In this document: positions 61,031 through 64,000 of the stretch, in pieces
Numbering within the stretch: the stretch's first letter is position 1
Layout of the letters: every line of letters begins with the position of its first letter
Source of the DNA: Klebsormidium nitens
Taxonomy: Eukaryota > Plantae > Klebsormidiophyceae
Direction of reading: 5' to 3'
Assembly: GCA_000708835.1 (NCBI GenBank)
Contig: DF237154.1
Coordinates: 79,753 to 143,752, forward strand
Length of the DNA stretch: 64,000 nt
The notes under the pieces: model-generated
What the model was told of the DNA's origin: nothing
What the model saw: only the letters and a program-made list of their open reading frames with translations
The model's database searches: none
Made by a program: the position numbers and the translations under genes

Positions 61031-61714
61031 ACTATCAACGAACCCTTCACACAATTCCGGTTCTAGTCCCTTGCATGTACCTTTCCCAGATTCTTAGTCT
61101 ACGTCCACGACCCACTAGTCGGTTCAACGTTATATGGACTCCTTTCCATCAACCGGTCGCTCTACTACTCACAATACAGCCTATATTCCACTCGGACTTG
61201 TGACCGGGGCATTATACTACTGGTGGTCGATAGTACCGTACTATATAGTGATTGGGGTATTGTACTACTCGAGTCGACTCGCATCTGAACGAATTACAAT
61301 CCGAGTCAACACGCAATCTGACAGTTTGTTTCAACGACACAAACTTCTAATTCTACGGTCGATATTACATACCACAAACCACAATCCTACGGGCGATATT
61401 ACACGACACAATTCTCGATCCTACGGCTCAACTAAATGTGCGTCAATCAACCGCAATTGTCGACACTCCCACGCGCGGATATATTGTCCCGCTCACACCT
61501 AGCCTCTTCTACCCACTCTCTTCTTGGACTTGGGCGTGATCCACCGCTTTTCAATCGGCGTGTCCCAGAAGCTTCCGGGTGCCGCTCGCGCGCTATCCAA
61601 ATAACGTTTTCCACCCGTGTCCGGCGATACTACCTGCTCCGTCTCCTTCAAAGCCATCTCCGCCCGTGCTCTCAAGCCGCTTCCGCTATGGCCGCTCCCA
61701 CGTTTTCCGCTGCG

Positions 61715-62390
61715 TGTTGAGATTGAGGTTGGTTAACGGCCATATTGTGGACATTAAGGACAAAGAGAATACCTACTTGTAAGACGAAGATGAAAGAGAG
61801 TGTGGGCTTGACACATTAAAATGAAAGAGGTTGAAGGCTTGGTAGATTATGAGAGAAGCGATTGAGGACTTGACAGATTAAGATGAAAAGGATTGAGTGC
61901 TTGATAGATAAGGATAAGAGGAGGTTAGTGCTTGGCAGATTAAGATAAAAGAAGTTGAGTGCTTGATGAATTAAGATGAAAGGGATTGTGCGTGTGCTTG
62001 GCAGTTTAAGAATAAATAGCCAAAGTAGTCGGCACATAAAGACCAAACAGATTCGGAAAAACCTGGGAGATTAAGGACCTGGAAAACGTAGATGCAGGAG
62101 ATTAAGACCGGATTTGTGTGGACTGTTCGAATGGTAGTTGGTTGAAGTGAGTGAAGCTAGCTAGACCGTCGATTATAGTATCCACGTATCGAAGGGCTAT
62201 AGTAGACTTGGACCAGATTAAAGTAGATCTAGCAACGGGATTGAACTTGACTTTAAGCATTGTCGTGTGATTGATATTCATACCTAAGAGATGCGGGGTG
62301 GAAGTTAGGGCGCTCCTTTTACAAAGGCGCTTGTGTGTGAGGGTGGTTGAATCCCTCGTAGGCTCCAAGCATGAGCATGTGATTTCAACA
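61715..62390 (+). mobile_element. Copia 5' LTR (676 bp, TGTTG...CAACA)
   Basis: TGTTG at 61715 and CAACA ending at 62390, directly followed by a PBS and gag. The right end is well supported. The left end is inferred from the terminal motif and from the shared TGTTGAGAT with 59934. Confidence 0.7.
61752..62015 (+). repeat. Degenerate 31-bp tandem array (8 units plus a partial unit) inside the LTR
   Basis: Units start at 61752, 61783, 61814, 61845, 61876, 61907, 61938 and 61969 (35 bp). Approximate consensus gattaagatgaaaaggattgagtgcttgaca. Confidence 0.9.
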
Positions 62391-62402
62391 GGTTATGAGC
62401 CC
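62391..62402 (+). other. Primer-binding site GGTTATGAGCCC (half-tRNA iMet type)
   Basis: Lies immediately after CAACA and matches the GGTTATGGGCCC-type PBS of Drosophila copia/Ty5/Osser-like elements with one mismatch. Confidence 0.75.
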
Positions 62403-62519
62403 ACAACAACGCTTTCTAGATAAAGGAGGATGATGACGTTGTTATGAAGTTGAGGAGGAAGAGCTTTGGGTGAAGCTTGGGTTGAGTTTAGCGGTACAAG
62501 AAGCATTACCGCAAGGTAG

Positions 62520-63647
62520 ATGGCGGGGATTGACAAGATAATTATCCCGCAACTTGAAGGTGAGAATTGGTCGGTATGGAGGGCCAAGTTCCGAGCCCTT
62601 CTTGAGTACAAGGGGTTGTATGTTGTTATTGAGCAACCGGAGTCGGTGGAAAAAAGGAAAGCATCGGGTCAAGCAAAGGATTTGATGATCCTCCACACTC
62701 AAGATGCCTATGTAAAGTTGTTCATTGGGGAGTCCACAGCTGCCAAAGCTTGGAAGAAACTTGAGGAGAACTTTAAAACGACAAGCAACGCAAGGGTTGT
62801 CCAATACAGGAAGAAGTTGACAAGCTTGACGTTGATCCCGAAGAAGAGCATTGTGGAGTACGTGGGAGAGTTCCGCGATATTAAAGTGGATTCGGAGACA
62901 GTGGGTCAAACCGTTTCCAAGGTAGAGTTGGCAATCCATGCCTTGAATGGTTTGCCGAAGGAGTATGCAACTTAGTTGACCTGGTCTAGAGTTGAGTGAG
63001 GAGGAGTTGACGTTGGACATAAACCAGCCTAAGCTCATGCGGAAGGAGCAGAAGTTGAAGTTGGCAGGGAAGCTAGAAGCTCTGGAGGAGAAGGAGTATA
63101 GGGAAGGCGTTTGTTGCCAACCGGGAATGGTATGAGACCGTTAACAAGGGGTTAAGTGAGCGGGGAGGTTTTAACGGAGGGGTGAGGTGTGAAAGCAGTC
63201 CCCACGCGAGGACGTGCTATGCTTGCGAAGAAAAGGGCCATGTCCGAGCCCATTTCAGGAAGCGGAACGTGGAGTGCTTCAATTGTGGGGAAAGGGGCCA
63301 CATAAGCTCGGTGTGTGGTCACATAAGCCCCGAGGTGGTGCAAAGGCGGTCCTCACGAGCTGTGCATAGCTCGTGAGGACCGCCTGGACCGGAGGGAGTT
63401 TGCCGGTGTAGCGTTTACAGCGTGGCGCAAAGAGGCGCGGGTGCCGGCAGATGTGTGGCTGGTTGACTTGGGAAGCACTCAACACATTGCGCCAGATAAG
63501 AGGCACTTTGCAAGCTACGAGCGGCTTGCACGTGCGGAGAAGATTGAGGGGCTTGTAGGAGAAGCCTTGACGACGGTGGGGATGTGGAAAGTTTTCTTGG
63601 AGTGTGAGACGCCAAACAGAGCGGGCAAGGTGACTATCGTGATGTAG
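62520..63647 (+). mobile_element. Copia gag-protease, disrupted and truncated
   Basis: IPQLEGENWSVWRAKFRALLEYKGL...AAKAWKKLEENF...LNGLPKEYAT then a stop at 62975; knuckles CYACEEKGHVRAH and CFNCGERGHISSVC; protease-like WLVDLGSTQH. Confidence 0.9.
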
Positions 63648-64000
63648 GGCATCGGTATAGTCTAGCCTCGAACAGCCGTCATACATGTAACTAATCATGC
63701 AAAAGAAACAGACATTTTTATCAGGCATTTATGTACCTGCATTCCATGCGTCGTTCCCCCCAGATCGGGAGAAGACGTCCCGACAAAGCTCGCTAATTTG
63801 AGTCCGTCTTGAATGCTATCCCACGGGACCGCTACGGCGCTACGCGCGAATATAGGTATTTCCGAGATTTGATCTCGACCGCCGCTCGGTGCGACCTACA
63901 AATTACCAAATTCATCGACCTCCATAGACCTCCGTAATATCGGTAGAACCTCGGCCGGATCGAGGTACCACGGTGCAATTATCGAGACTGTGTGACGAAA

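Noticed and set aside
61752-62015. 31-bp periodic array as a CRISPR
   Set aside because: Units are contiguous degenerate copies with no unique spacers, lie inside an LTR, and there are no cas genes in this eukaryotic context.
59934-62390. TGTTG at 59934 and the LTR at 61715 as the paired LTRs of one element
   Set aside because: They share only TGTTGAGAT. One follows a PPT (3' LTR) and the other precedes a PBS (5' LTR of the next element), with no coding region between them.
63822-63829. CACGGGAC matching the start of the TIR at 57124
   Set aside because: Only 8 bp, not preceded by TA, and the similarity does not extend.

Overview
Eukaryotic nuclear DNA with GC-rich exons and GT-AG introns, most consistent with a streptophyte green alga of the Klebsormidium type (inferred from gene set and style, not proven). 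From about 3.6 to 52.5 kb there are seven hand-reconstructed spliced genes: a choline monooxygenase-like Rieske oxygenase (+); a KAI2/D14/RsbQ-family alpha/beta-hydrolase carrying a ~158-aa insertion and a GC-AG intron (+); a convergent 15-exon bacterial-style TM-Cache-TM-HAMP-HisKA-HATPase-REC-REC hybrid histidine kinase (-); an RWA/Cas1p O-acetyltransferase (+); a GT92/DUF23 glycosyltransferase with a homopolymer frameshift (-); a possible ciliary microtubule-inner protein (+); and an MGP2/SIA2-like GT29 (+). From about 52.7 to 64 kb is a zone of decayed transposons: scrambled Ty1/copia pieces, a 1241-bp TIR element inserted at a TA inside copia pol, and a copia LTR containing a 31-bp tandem array followed by a half-tRNA-type PBS and gag. 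There are two assembly gaps. No rRNA, tRNA or CRISPR was seen. The best novelty candidate is the insertion-bearing KAI2-like hydrolase next to the Cache-HAMP hybrid kinase; any functional link between them is only a hypothesis. All family assignments come from remembered motifs; no database search was run.
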